Source of the DNA: an uncultured Thermoproteaceae archaeon
Lineage (GTDB): Archaea > Thermoproteota > Thermoprotei > Thermoproteales > Thermocladiaceae
Assembly (NCBI GenBank): GCA_964575955.1
Contig: CAZNTG010000013.1
Coordinates: forward strand, 1-42,893
DNA length: 42,893 nt
Direction of reading: 5' to 3'
A program made the translations under genes and the position numbers. Shown here piece after piece: positions 26,350-35,520 of the stretch. The notes under the pieces are model-generated. The model worked only from the letters and a program-made list of their open reading frames with translations, did no database searches and was not told the DNA's origin. Within the stretch, counting starts at the first letter, position 1. Each line of letters begins with the position of its first letter.

Positions 26350-27186
26350 GTGAAAAGTAGTAATATTGGAATATTGACAGTAGTACATCCATCTAAAGGT
26401 GATGAAATATACAAAATTCTAGAAGACATGGTTAGAGAAATTGAAAGTATTCTAAGAAAGTCAGTAGAATTTAAATATGTAGAAAATTTAGAAAACATTG
26501 AAAATACAATAAGAGAACTATTAGATAGATGTGATAGATTAATAATATGTCCACTATATATTAGAAGAGGAACACACTACATACAGATTGAAGATATTGT
26601 AAATAGAGTAATAGATGAGGAAAAGAGAATTAAGATATCAATAACAAAACCATTACTATACAGTGAAGAGATACTTAAGAGCATAATTGTAGAAATTTTA
26701 AGAAATATAGATGAGATTGATAAATTGAAGAGGTATATTTTAGAGAATACAGGTGATTATGAGATATTGGTAGAGTTGAGATATAATAGAGATTTTGAAA
26801 TTATTAAGGACAGTGTTAAGAATAGTAAAGTTATAGTATGTGATGATATGAGAGTACTATCATATATAAATATTGAAGAGACTATTCCAGGAACTAGAAT
26901 AATGTTTGAAGAAGATTCAAAATACTTCTCATATCCTCCAAATAGTATTGTTGTGATAGCTTCAAATATTGGATGTTTAAAGAAAGTTTTAGATTATGTA
27001 AATATGGGTATTAGACCAAGTCTAATAATTGCAGTACCACCAACATTATCTAGAGATGACATAACGCTTAAACGTGATATACTTAACATAGATATACCAG
27101 TAATAGCAACTGCAGGAAGTAGGGGAGGACCCCATATAGCTGGTCTAGTAGTGTCGTACATAATGAGGGAGATTAGGAATGAGTGA
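26350..27186 (+). CDS. Divergent CbiX-like chelatase domain fused to CbiC/CobH-like (precorrin-8X methylmutase) domain
   Basis: N-terminal VVHPS...PLYIRRGTH...ITKPL; C-terminal PSLIIAVP...PVIATAGSRGG. Confidence 0.65.
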   Translation: MKSSNIGILTVVHPSKGDEIYKILEDMVREIESILRKSVEFKYVENLENIENTIRELLDRCDRLIICPLYIRRGTHYIQIEDIVNRVIDEEKRIKISITKPLLYSEEILKSIIVEILRNIDEIDKLKRYILENTGDYEILVELRYNRDFEIIKDSVKNSKVIVCDDMRVLSYINIEETIPGTRIMFEEDSKYFSYPPNSIVVIASNIGCLKKVLDYVNMGIRPSLIIAVPPTLSRDDITLKRDILNIDIPVIATAGSRGGPHIAGLVVSYIMREIRNE

Positions 27187-27970
27187 AGATAGACCTGAAC
27201 CTCTTTCAGCACATCTACAAGAACTTAGGAAGAGGATGATACGTGTAATTATAGCTTTCGTTATAGGCTTCATACTTGGATGGCTACCTGTACCAATGAA
27301 TAATAGTAGTAGTAATATACTATCTGCAATATTCTTAATGGAGTATAGACCAATAGCTGCATATATATACTACACACTTGTAGTAAGACCATTACCTAAG
27401 GAAGTTAAAGTAATTACTCTAGGACTATTAACACCACTAGAAGTAGCATTCTACATATGTGTATTATTGGGAGCTGTAATTGCAGTTCCAGTACTATCAT
27501 ACGAGTTATATCAATTTGTTAAGAGAGGATTGTATAAACATGAGAGAAGGGCATTCAAGATATATTTCACAGCTGTATCATTACTATTTGTTGCTGGTGG
27601 AATATTTGGATACTACATAATATATAACGCACTTATAAGACTGTACTTAATTCTCTATCCAATGTTTGGACTTAAACCATACATACTTGCTAGAAATATA
27701 ATGAATGAATTTCTAGGATGTGTAACATTCTCAGGAATACTATTTGAAACTCCTATAATAATGTTAATACTATCTAAACTAAATATGGTAAATCCAAAAT
27801 CCTACGTAGAGTATAGACCTGTAGTGTATGCTATAGCAATGATATTGATAGCAATATTCAACCCTGACCCAACACTATTAAGCTCACTTATATGGGTTGC
27901 AACATTCATAGTATTGTATGAAGTTGGTATATTAATATCAAAAAGAGCCATCTCTAAATCTAAAATATGA
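27179..27970 (+). CDS. tatC: Twin-arginine translocase subunit TatC
   Basis: PLSAHLQELRKR, FVKRGLYKHERR, FETP, NPDPT. Confidence 0.93.
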   Translation: MSEDRPEPLSAHLQELRKRMIRVIIAFVIGFILGWLPVPMNNSSSNILSAIFLMEYRPIAAYIYYTLVVRPLPKEVKVITLGLLTPLEVAFYICVLLGAVIAVPVLSYELYQFVKRGLYKHERRAFKIYFTAVSLLFVAGGIFGYYIIYNALIRLYLILYPMFGLKPYILARNIMNEFLGCVTFSGILFETPIIMLILSKLNMVNPKSYVEYRPVVYAIAMILIAIFNPDPTLLSSLIWVATFIVLYEVGILISKRAISKSKI

Positions 27971-28005
27971 AAGTTATGTATTAAATCTCAACAGGTAGAC
28001 TATGA

Positions 28006-28593
28006 ATGTCTAAGATGTGTAAGGATGATATAATTGAAAGAATAGCACACCACGTAAAAGAGATAATAAAACTTCTAGGTGAAGATCCTGAAAAGCCAGA
28101 TCTAAAAGAAACTCCTATAAGAGTTGCAAAAGCACTACTAGAATTAACAGAAGGATTGAGAAGTAGACCACCAACAATAAAATTCTTCAACACTATAAAA
28201 CATGTTGAAGGTCTAGTAATTATAAGAGATATAGAATTTGTAAGTCTATGTGAACATCATCTACTACCAGTACTTGGATACATATCTGTAGCATATAGAC
28301 CATCACAACCACAAGTTCCTGGACTTAGCAAAGTTATAAGACTTGTACAATGGTATTCAAGAAGACTAATACTTCAGGAAAGGTTCACTAGAGAACTAGC
28401 AGAGCTCCTATTAGAGAAGTTGAATGCAAAGATGGTATATTGTAAAGTATGTGGACTACACATGTGTGCAATGTTGAGAGGTGTTAGATCTAGAACTTCA
28501 AAATTAATAACAGAAGCATGGGCTGGAGATATAGATAGAGATGAGATAGAGATGTTAAGAAAACTAGTTAAATGTAAAGTACCTAAAATATAG
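28006..28593 (+). CDS. folE: GTP cyclohydrolase I
   Basis: ETPIRVAK, SLCEHHLLP, GLSK, LQER, HMCAMLRGV. Confidence 0.93.
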   Translation: MSKMCKDDIIERIAHHVKEIIKLLGEDPEKPDLKETPIRVAKALLELTEGLRSRPPTIKFFNTIKHVEGLVIIRDIEFVSLCEHHLLPVLGYISVAYRPSQPQVPGLSKVIRLVQWYSRRLILQERFTRELAELLLEKLNAKMVYCKVCGLHMCAMLRGVRSRTSKLITEAWAGDIDRDEIEMLRKLVKCKVPKI

Positions 28594-28661
28594 TTGGTGA
28601 GTCTAGTCTGGACATAACAGCATTTTTAGAAGATAGGAATGTTGAAGAGGAATGTATATTA

Positions 28662-29390
28662 ATGAGAGATCCAAATCCTGAAGAAGCTGTACAGACAATA
28701 AATAAGTATAGACATAGAAGAGTAATAGTAATCTATGGTAAACTTAGAGCATATTATGAAGGTAGAGCAAAAGCAAGTATAGAACTAGCACCAAGACTAG
28801 TAATAATAAAGCCTGACGGTTCACTACTAATACATGAATCAACAAAAAGAGAACCAGTAATATGGCAACCACCAAAAGCAACAAACTACGCACTTATAGA
28901 AAATGGAATACTAGTATTGAAATCTATAAGAACGAACCCTTACGAAGTTGTTAAAATAGAAATACCACTACCATACTTTATAGGCCTCTTCGAGGTTGGA
29001 TATACGGAAAATTATAAAGTTGAAGGTAGTGAAAAAGATATTGTAGATTTCCTAGTAAAGAATCCAGATATAATAGAGCCAGGACTCAAGATATTAGCAA
29101 GAGAGTATCAGACAATTGCTGGAAATGTAGATATATTAGCAGAAGATAAGGACTCTAACATAGTTGTTATAGAGGTTAAGAGAGGTATTGCAGGTCCTGA
29201 AGCTGTACATCAGTTGAAGAGATATGTAGATGTTCTATACAAATCATTTAATAGGCAGATACGTGGAATACTAGTTGCTCAAGACATATCTTCAAGTGCT
29301 TTCAAATACTTGAGAGATTATGGTTTTAAATTTGTTAGAATTAGTAGGAGAGTATTAGAGAAAGTTCAATCACAGATAGTTAAAAGTTAG
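28662..29390 (+). CDS. nucS: Endonuclease NucS/EndoMS (start may be CTG at 28608)
   Basis: YEGRA, IKPDGSLLIH, WQPP, GSEKD, VDILAED, IEVKR, QLKRY. Confidence 0.93.
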   Translation: MRDPNPEEAVQTINKYRHRRVIVIYGKLRAYYEGRAKASIELAPRLVIIKPDGSLLIHESTKREPVIWQPPKATNYALIENGILVLKSIRTNPYEVVKIEIPLPYFIGLFEVGYTENYKVEGSEKDIVDFLVKNPDIIEPGLKILAREYQTIAGNVDILAEDKDSNIVVIEVKRGIAGPEAVHQLKRYVDVLYKSFNRQIRGILVAQDISSSAFKYLRDYGFKFVRISRRVLEKVQSQIVKS

Positions 29391-29391
29391 A

Positions 29392-29916
29392 TTATGGTGT
29401 TAAATATACTATAAATGTCAATACTAACAGTATTATTATTACCAGAACTACATGCTGTACATATATTGAACCTATACCTTTAACAAGTTCTCTAGTCTTA
29501 ACCTTATCCTCACCAGTCTTACAGGTTGCGTGTAGTATTAATGCTGCAAAGAATAGTATTGAATCTGCTGTTGGTACAGCAAAGAGTAGTGCTATCATAC
29601 ATGCTAATACCCCCCTAACAACAGTCATTACTGGTGTTGTAACACTTGTTATTGGATAATTTATACATACTCCAAGATATGCAAGTTCTGCAGATGTTAT
29701 ACCTGCACCAACTATTGGAACTAGAGGAAGAATGTAAGATTCTGCAATACCTAAAGCACTTGTCTCAACTTTACAGACATTTTTAGCTATTGTTAAAGGT
29801 ATTTCAATACCTAGACCTGCGACAAAGCTAGCTATGTATATTAATGTACTTGCAAGTATTAGAAATAGCCATAATCTATAAAGACTATCTTTAGGTCTCT
29901 TAAACATATCCATCAC
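29392..29916 (-). CDS. Hypothetical membrane protein
   Basis: About four hydrophobic segments; 4-bp overlap with the upstream PRTase gene. Confidence 0.7.
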   Translation of the reverse strand: MMDMFKRPKDSLYRLWLFLILASTLIYIASFVAGLGIEIPLTIAKNVCKVETSALGIAESYILPLVPIVGAGITSAELAYLGVCINYPITSVTTPVMTVVRGVLACMIALLFAVPTADSILFFAALILHATCKTGEDKVKTRELVKGIGSIYVQHVVLVIIILLVLTFIVYLTP

Positions 29917-30542
29917 TTAAGTAGTCTAGCAAGTGCATGTTTTATACATACTGCTGGTATCTTTGTTAAATCTAGATTAAGCTCTCTACTAAGCTTAGCT
30001 AAAGCTTCAGGTATTGAAGAACAATTACCAACATACCTCTCTAAAAGTGCTGTAACATCTTCAACACAACTCCAGGGATACAATATCCAATACTTAGGAT
30101 CAATCTCAACAGCCCAATAATCAGGAATGTACTTAGCCTTACCCTTCTTAACATGTATTGCAGCTGTCTTAACATTGACATCTCTAAATCTTTGACATAT
30201 CACATCTTTAGCAAATTTCAAAGTATCACCAGTATCAGCAACATCATCAATAATTAGAATTTTCCTACCTGAAAGATCTTCACTAGGAATATCATGTCTA
30301 ATCTTAACTTCTGGAAGTGTACTTCCAGGAGATGGCCAATGCTCTAGCTGTATTACAAGTACATCCTTCACATTAAGTATATCACTAGCAACAATTGCAG
30401 GCACTAGACCACCTCTAGCAATTGCAAGTATCATATCTGGATTCCAAGAACTTTCAATTATCTTCTCACAAAGCTTCACTATATGACTATAAGCATCTTC
30501 CCAAGATAGTGTAATCACTGAAAGTTCACTACTCACGACCAC
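29913..30542 (-). CDS. Purine phosphoribosyltransferase (HGXPRT-like)
   Basis: AIARGGLVPA, ILIIDDVADTGDTL, WILYPW. Confidence 0.9.
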   Translation of the reverse strand: MVVSSELSVITLSWEDAYSHIVKLCEKIIESSWNPDMILAIARGGLVPAIVASDILNVKDVLVIQLEHWPSPGSTLPEVKIRHDIPSEDLSGRKILIIDDVADTGDTLKFAKDVICQRFRDVNVKTAAIHVKKGKAKYIPDYWAVEIDPKYWILYPWSCVEDVTALLERYVGNCSSIPEALAKLSRELNLDLTKIPAVCIKHALARLLK

Positions 30543-30619
30543 ATAGCTGTAAGATGAGGTTTATTAAAACTAAATCTCAAGAATAAGATTACTAACATTC
30601 AAAAAATTGAAAAGTAGTA

Positions 30620-30697
30620 TGGCGGCCCCGCCGGGATTTGAACCCGGGACCTACGGCTTAGGAGGCCGCCGCTCTATCCAGGCTGAGCTACGGGGCC
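30620..30697 (-). tRNA. tRNA-Arg(CCT), intronless, encoded CCA
   Basis: GGCCCCG-TA-GCTCAGCCTGGATAGAGC-G-GCGGC-CTCCTAA-GCCGT-AGGTC-CCGGGTTCAAATCCCGG-CGGGGCC-G-CCA. Confidence 0.97.
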
Positions 30698-30770
30698 TGG
30701 TGTGTAGTATTTGTTGGAGTTTTATAAGTTTTAGAAAATGAAGATTTATAACTTCCAAATATAGGCTAGC

Positions 30771-30833
30771 ATATAGATGAGGTTAGTGGGGATCTCTGAG
30801 TAAGTGATGATTAGGTCCCCCTAACCGATATAT
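30771..30833 (+). ncRNA. C/D-like sRNA whose two guide regions are mutually complementary
   Basis: TAGATGA-ggttagtggggatct-CTGA-gtaa-GTGATGA-ttaggtccccctaa-CCGA; terminal ATATA/TATAT stem; TTTATAA at about 30745-51. Confidence 0.75.
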
Positions 30834-30898
30834 ACTACAGTAATATTCGCAACATTCCACATACCGATCTTATATATACTTGAAGTACTATCTTAAAC

Positions 30899-31375
30899 AT
30901 GAGCTACGTAGAAGTTGGTAGACCTATCACAACTGGAACAGGTGAAGCAACAGTAGACACATCGATAAACATGATAGCTCAAGACATAGTTGCTACAGAG
31001 GTAACTGTTAGAGATACACTTAGCAAATTAGCACCAACACATGGAAGATCTATAGTACGTGAACCACCAATAGACATCTACGATGAAGGTGATAGAATAG
31101 TACTCATAGTAGACATGCCAGGAATACCGAAGGAGAATATCAAAGTTAGAGTTAGTGTAGACTCAGTAGAGATATCAGCAATACCTCAAAATGTCAATAA
31201 TGGAAGGATATTAAGAGCAGAAAGATTAGCAAACTTTAAAATCTATAGAAAAGTACAGCTACCCTACAGAATAAAGATTGGTGAAGTAAGAGCATATTTG
31301 AAAGATGGTGTACTATATATCTACCTTCCAAAACTAACAGACACTACTGAATCTCTAGATATCACGATAGAGTAG
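30899..31375 (+). CDS. Hsp20/alpha-crystallin small heat-shock protein
   Basis: EPPIDIYDEGD, VDMPGIPKENIKV, AYLKDGVLYIYLPK. Confidence 0.92.
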   Translation: MSYVEVGRPITTGTGEATVDTSINMIAQDIVATEVTVRDTLSKLAPTHGRSIVREPPIDIYDEGDRIVLIVDMPGIPKENIKVRVSVDSVEISAIPQNVNNGRILRAERLANFKIYRKVQLPYRIKIGEVRAYLKDGVLYIYLPKLTDTTESLDITIE

Positions 31376-31484
31376 CTAGATTCTACATAGAGGATAATCT
31401 CTTTTAAAAGTATCTATTGGTGATTTATAGACAATGAAGGGTTTATATATATCGCTAAGACTATACTATTCTTAGGCTAAGGAA

Positions 31485-32570
31485 ATGGAAGACATAACAT
31501 ATGCAACAAAACTTCACGAAGCAGAGACTAGAAAAGTACAACTCACAGGAGGTGCAACATTAATAGTATCACTTCCAAAAGAATGGACTAGACAAGTAAA
31601 CTTAAGACCCGGAGATGAAGTACTAATACTACCTCAACTAGACAAGTCACTCCTAATAGTGCCTAAGAGAGCATTGAGATTTCCACACTTTGAAGCATAT
31701 ATAAATCTAAAAGATATTAAAGATGTAGATCAATCAAAAATAGAGAGACTACTAATAGCATACTACCTAGCAGGTGTAGACATACTTAGAATAGAGTTTA
31801 ATGGAGACAATCCTGAAATTAGAAGACTAATTAAGAAGATTATAAGAGATAAACTAACGGGAATAGAGATAATTGAGGAAAGTAGAGATCAACTAATATT
31901 ACAAAATCTAGTAAGTACAATAGACACAGACATACACTCACTAATAGTAAAAATGTTAAAATCTATAATAAACATGTTAAACGATCTAAAGCTAGGAATT
32001 GAAAAATGTGACATACCAATACTCACAGACCTGATAGATAGAGATGAAGAAGTTGATAGATTCTACTGGTTCATTAGAAGACTATTAAAGAAGACATTAG
32101 CATCAGGACTTCTAATGATATCAATATCTATGAAAGATCCAAGAAGTATATTAGAATATTCAACAATTGGAAAAATGTTAGAGAGAATTGCGGACAATAT
32201 AGCAGAAATAGCTAATGAATTAACACAGAAGATAGGTGATAAAATTGTAGAATTGCCAAATACAATAATATCAGGAATATCGAAAGTAATAGATATGCAA
32301 TTAAGACAATTAGAGACATTAATAGAAATATTATCGAGTAGAAAATTAACATTTAATAATATAAATCAGGTAATTGACGAATCTAGAAATATGATAATAT
32401 CGGAAATTGAGAAATTACTATCACAAATGTATATGGAAAACATTCCAAGCCATCTAACAACATCACTAAGATTAATACTATACAACCTATTACGAGTTAC
32501 TGAGTACACCATAGATGTAGCTGAAGCACTACTAGACATGATCATAGATAGTATGGTTAAAATAACATGA
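31485..32570 (+). CDS. Phosphate uptake regulator (AbrB-like N-terminus plus PhoU domains)
   Basis: RKVQLTGGATLIVSLPKEW, YLAG, DEEVDR, LERIAD. Confidence 0.9.
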   Translation: MEDITYATKLHEAETRKVQLTGGATLIVSLPKEWTRQVNLRPGDEVLILPQLDKSLLIVPKRALRFPHFEAYINLKDIKDVDQSKIERLLIAYYLAGVDILRIEFNGDNPEIRRLIKKIIRDKLTGIEIIEESRDQLILQNLVSTIDTDIHSLIVKMLKSIINMLNDLKLGIEKCDIPILTDLIDRDEEVDRFYWFIRRLLKKTLASGLLMISISMKDPRSILEYSTIGKMLERIADNIAEIANELTQKIGDKIVELPNTIISGISKVIDMQLRQLETLIEILSSRKLTFNNINQVIDESRNMIISEIEKLLSQMYMENIPSHLTTSLRLILYNLLRVTEYTIDVAEALLDMIIDSMVKIT

Positions 32571-33744
32571 CACTTCTAACAGGAACTTCACGAGATAGCA
32601 AATATACTTCAGAAACTCTCCTAACACCACGCCTATAATCTAGACTAACAAGAACACACTTCCTGAGAACATCATCTACGGAATTCATATAAATCCTAAA
32701 CTTCTCAAACACATCTCTAACATCACTACCATGAATAGTTGTAAATACTTGAAGTCCAGAGTTTATAGCAATTCTATAAGCTTCAAAATGATCTTTCTCT
32801 CGAAGTTCACCAATAATGAGAATACCACCACCTCTATGAAGAACCTTCTCAATCTCTCTAACTCTACCAAATATTGACCTATATTTCACAACTAGAAAAT
32901 TATCAGGAAACCATAATTCATCAACTTCATCAATACACACAACTTTCACATTATTCTTAATCTTCAAAAATTCCAAGACTAAGGCATTCAATAAAGTCGT
33001 CTTACCTGAACATGGAGGTCCAAATATGATAAGACTATAACCATCTTTAACATATTTCAAAATCTTAGATAGTGTAGAGATGTTTATCATTTTAAATCTT
33101 AATAAATCATCTATAGTATATGGCTTTCTATGTATTCTAAGATGAATAACAAAATCTTCAACACAAGGCCATACATCAAGACTAACTCTAATTCTAAGTA
33201 GATTCTTTATATTAATTGAAAATAGTGCTGAAGGCTCATCAAATGTTACATCACAACCTGACAAACTTGCTAAATTTAGAATACTCCTATAAACATTATA
33301 TAGTTCTACTTTATCTACATCTACCTTCCTTATAATACCTCCCCTATACATTATAAATACTCCACGATTTGTTATGTATATATCTTCAACATTATTATCA
33401 ATTACATAGTCGGATATTATATCTAATCCTAGAGATTTCAATAATATCCTAACTATATGCTCAACATTATCTATACAAAGCTTGCAGAGGAAATATCTAA
33501 CATTTATAAACTTTTCAAGTGTTGGCAATCCTGAGGGCACTACTCTAGATATTAACTTACAAAATAGATATTCTACAACCTTTCTATCAACATTATTCAA
33601 CCTTTTTAGAACGCTCTCATACTCTTTAATACATCCATCTAGAGGTTCTCTTTCAGATTTTTGAATTATGAAGTTACATGGAAATTTCTTACAGTTTAAA
33701 CATCTAGATATTAGTAATACTAGTTTTGCAAGTTCTCTATACAT
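32557..33744 (-). CDS. Type II/IV secretion ATPase (VirB11/CpaF-like)
   Basis: VEDI, Walker A GPPCSGKTTLLNAL, Asp box CIDEVDEL, IIGELR, TTIHG. Confidence 0.85.
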   Translation of the reverse strand: MYRELAKLVLLISRCLNCKKFPCNFIIQKSEREPLDGCIKEYESVLKRLNNVDRKVVEYLFCKLISRVVPSGLPTLEKFINVRYFLCKLCIDNVEHIVRILLKSLGLDIISDYVIDNNVEDIYITNRGVFIMYRGGIIRKVDVDKVELYNVYRSILNLASLSGCDVTFDEPSALFSINIKNLLRIRVSLDVWPCVEDFVIHLRIHRKPYTIDDLLRFKMINISTLSKILKYVKDGYSLIIFGPPCSGKTTLLNALVLEFLKIKNNVKVVCIDEVDELWFPDNFLVVKYRSIFGRVREIEKVLHRGGGILIIGELREKDHFEAYRIAINSGLQVFTTIHGSDVRDVFEKFRIYMNSVDDVLRKCVLVSLDYRRGVRRVSEVYLLSREVPVRSVMLF

Positions 33745-33748
33745 TTTA

Positions 33749-34600
33749 TCACTCTTTTAATAATCTTTCAAGTTTTCTAACATGTTCTCTCAACGTTATT
33801 GGACTAACATTTAGTATTGTTGCTACATCTACAGGTGTTACAGGTATCTTACTTCTCTTTGCTGCTAGTAGTATTATTGCTGCTGCTATTGTTCTGGGGC
33901 TTTTACCATATATTTTTCTATTCAAGATTTTTGACATTATTTTATGACAATTCTTTAGAAGCTCCATCTTCACACAATCTTCTAATGATAATCTTGACAC
34001 TATATATTCAACATATGTTTTAACTCTATCTGTAGTTGTATTTACGATCTTTCCAAATCCTTCAATTAGTATTCTAAAAATTTCTGAAGATGATACTTTA
34101 TGACCAATCTTCTGAAAATGTTCTACGATATCTTTAGGCGATATTGGTAAGTTATGTATTAATACTGCGTAGAGTACTGCTGCTGCAGCTATCTTATAAC
34201 TTGAGATATCTCTCTTATCAATATCGGATCCGTACTTCTTCAAAAGTTTTCTCAATACCTCTATCGCAATTTCGACATGTCTATCACTTAGACCTAATCT
34301 ATGAGCAACAATTTTCAAACATGTCACAGCTTTCTTCTCAACTCTCAATCTAGATTTAACATTTTGATCTAAGATCTTCAACTTACCCATATATAACTTC
34401 CTCCTCTCTCTAAGTGGTAGATCTTGAATATTCACATCTAGACTAACTTCATCAACTGTGGGTGTTATTGGCTCATTATCTAGCTGTGATCTAGATGGTA
34501 AATATAGAACATCTATAACAGTTCCACATCTAGTACAGACATACTCTCCTCTCTCAACATCAAGTATGACACTGCGAGTCTTACAGTAGGGACAGTACAC
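33749..34600 (-). CDS. Transcription initiation factor IIB (TFB) paralogue
   Basis: Zn ribbon CPYC...GEYVCTRCGTVI; cyclin repeats with GKSPRTIAAA. Confidence 0.85.
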   Translation of the reverse strand: MYCPYCKTRSVILDVERGEYVCTRCGTVIDVLYLPSRSQLDNEPITPTVDEVSLDVNIQDLPLRERRKLYMGKLKILDQNVKSRLRVEKKAVTCLKIVAHRLGLSDRHVEIAIEVLRKLLKKYGSDIDKRDISSYKIAAAAVLYAVLIHNLPISPKDIVEHFQKIGHKVSSSEIFRILIEGFGKIVNTTTDRVKTYVEYIVSRLSLEDCVKMELLKNCHKIMSKILNRKIYGKSPRTIAAAIILLAAKRSKIPVTPVDVATILNVSPITLREHVRKLERLLKE

Positions 34601-34675
34601 GTAGATTATTTCGGATATGTTAACTATAAACTAGGCGTATACGTAATCTTCAATGGTATGTCTACACCAAAACTT

Positions 34676-35032
34676 TCATCTTCCTCTAATTTTCAATCCA
34701 ACATACACCTTCTCACCAACTTCAGGTTTTATATCAAACTTCTTCAACTCCATTATAAGTCCACCAATAGATATTCTGATAACATTTTCAGCACTATAGT
34801 ATACTACTCCCCACATATATACATCCCAGTTTGTCTTATAATTTTCATCTTTTACATTGTCTAAAGATATCTCAACACTACTATTTTCACTAATTCTAAC
34901 TTTAGTAAGCTCTTCAGGATATTCTAGATATATCTCTCTACCTGAATCATCAACCATGTATATAGCTTTCAAACCTGAGTAGTCTGGAAGGCTCTCAACT
35001 TTCAAAACCTTAAATACACCTCTAAACTTCAT
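34676..35032 (-). CDS. rpo8: DNA-directed RNA polymerase subunit Rpo8 (RpoG, Rpb8 homologue)
   Basis: DVYMWGVVY...ISIGGLIM matches the Rpb8 YVMYG/SFGGLL signature; divergent from the Lsm-tgtA genes. Confidence 0.75.
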   Translation of the reverse strand: MKFRGVFKVLKVESLPDYSGLKAIYMVDDSGREIYLEYPEELTKVRISENSSVEISLDNVKDENYKTNWDVYMWGVVYYSAENVIRISIGGLIMELKKFDIKPEVGEKVYVGLKIRGR

Positions 35033-35082
35033 CTCTGTCGCGTCTAGATACAAAATATATAAGTTTGACTAACATGTAGTAT

Positions 35083-35520
35083 ATGTCCTCGTTCGTATCA
35101 GAAGCCTCTCGAAGATACATGTTAGAGTGTGTAAATATGCTAAATAGAAAGGTTAGAGTATTCACAGTTGAAGGATCTATATGTGAAGGTACATTGCTAG
35201 GATTTAACGATAATATGGATCTAGTACTTGGAGATGTAACAATACAGCAAGGAGATAAGAAGGAAAAATATCCAAGAATGATAATACTTAGACATTCAAT
35301 AAATAGAATATCACTTATAGAGGAAAGATTAGATCTAAGAGAACTTGCAAAAATATTAGAAAAGTACTTTCCAGGAATGGTGAAGTATGTTGAAGAGGCA
35401 AATATAATACTTATAGGTGATAGAGTTAGAGTATCAGAAGCAGGAGTTGAAGGTTCAGGACCACTAGCAAAGAGAGTTAAAGAGATATTTGACGAATTTT
35501 TGAGAAGTAGAAGCAGATAA
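35083..35520 (+). CDS. Sm/Lsm protein with C-terminal extension (SmAP3 type)
   Basis: GTLLGFNDNMDLVLGD Sm motif; C-terminal GVEGSGPLAKRV. Confidence 0.88.
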   Translation: MSSFVSEASRRYMLECVNMLNRKVRVFTVEGSICEGTLLGFNDNMDLVLGDVTIQQGDKKEKYPRMIILRHSINRISLIEERLDLRELAKILEKYFPGMVKYVEEANIILIGDRVRVSEAGVEGSGPLAKRVKEIFDEFLRSRSR

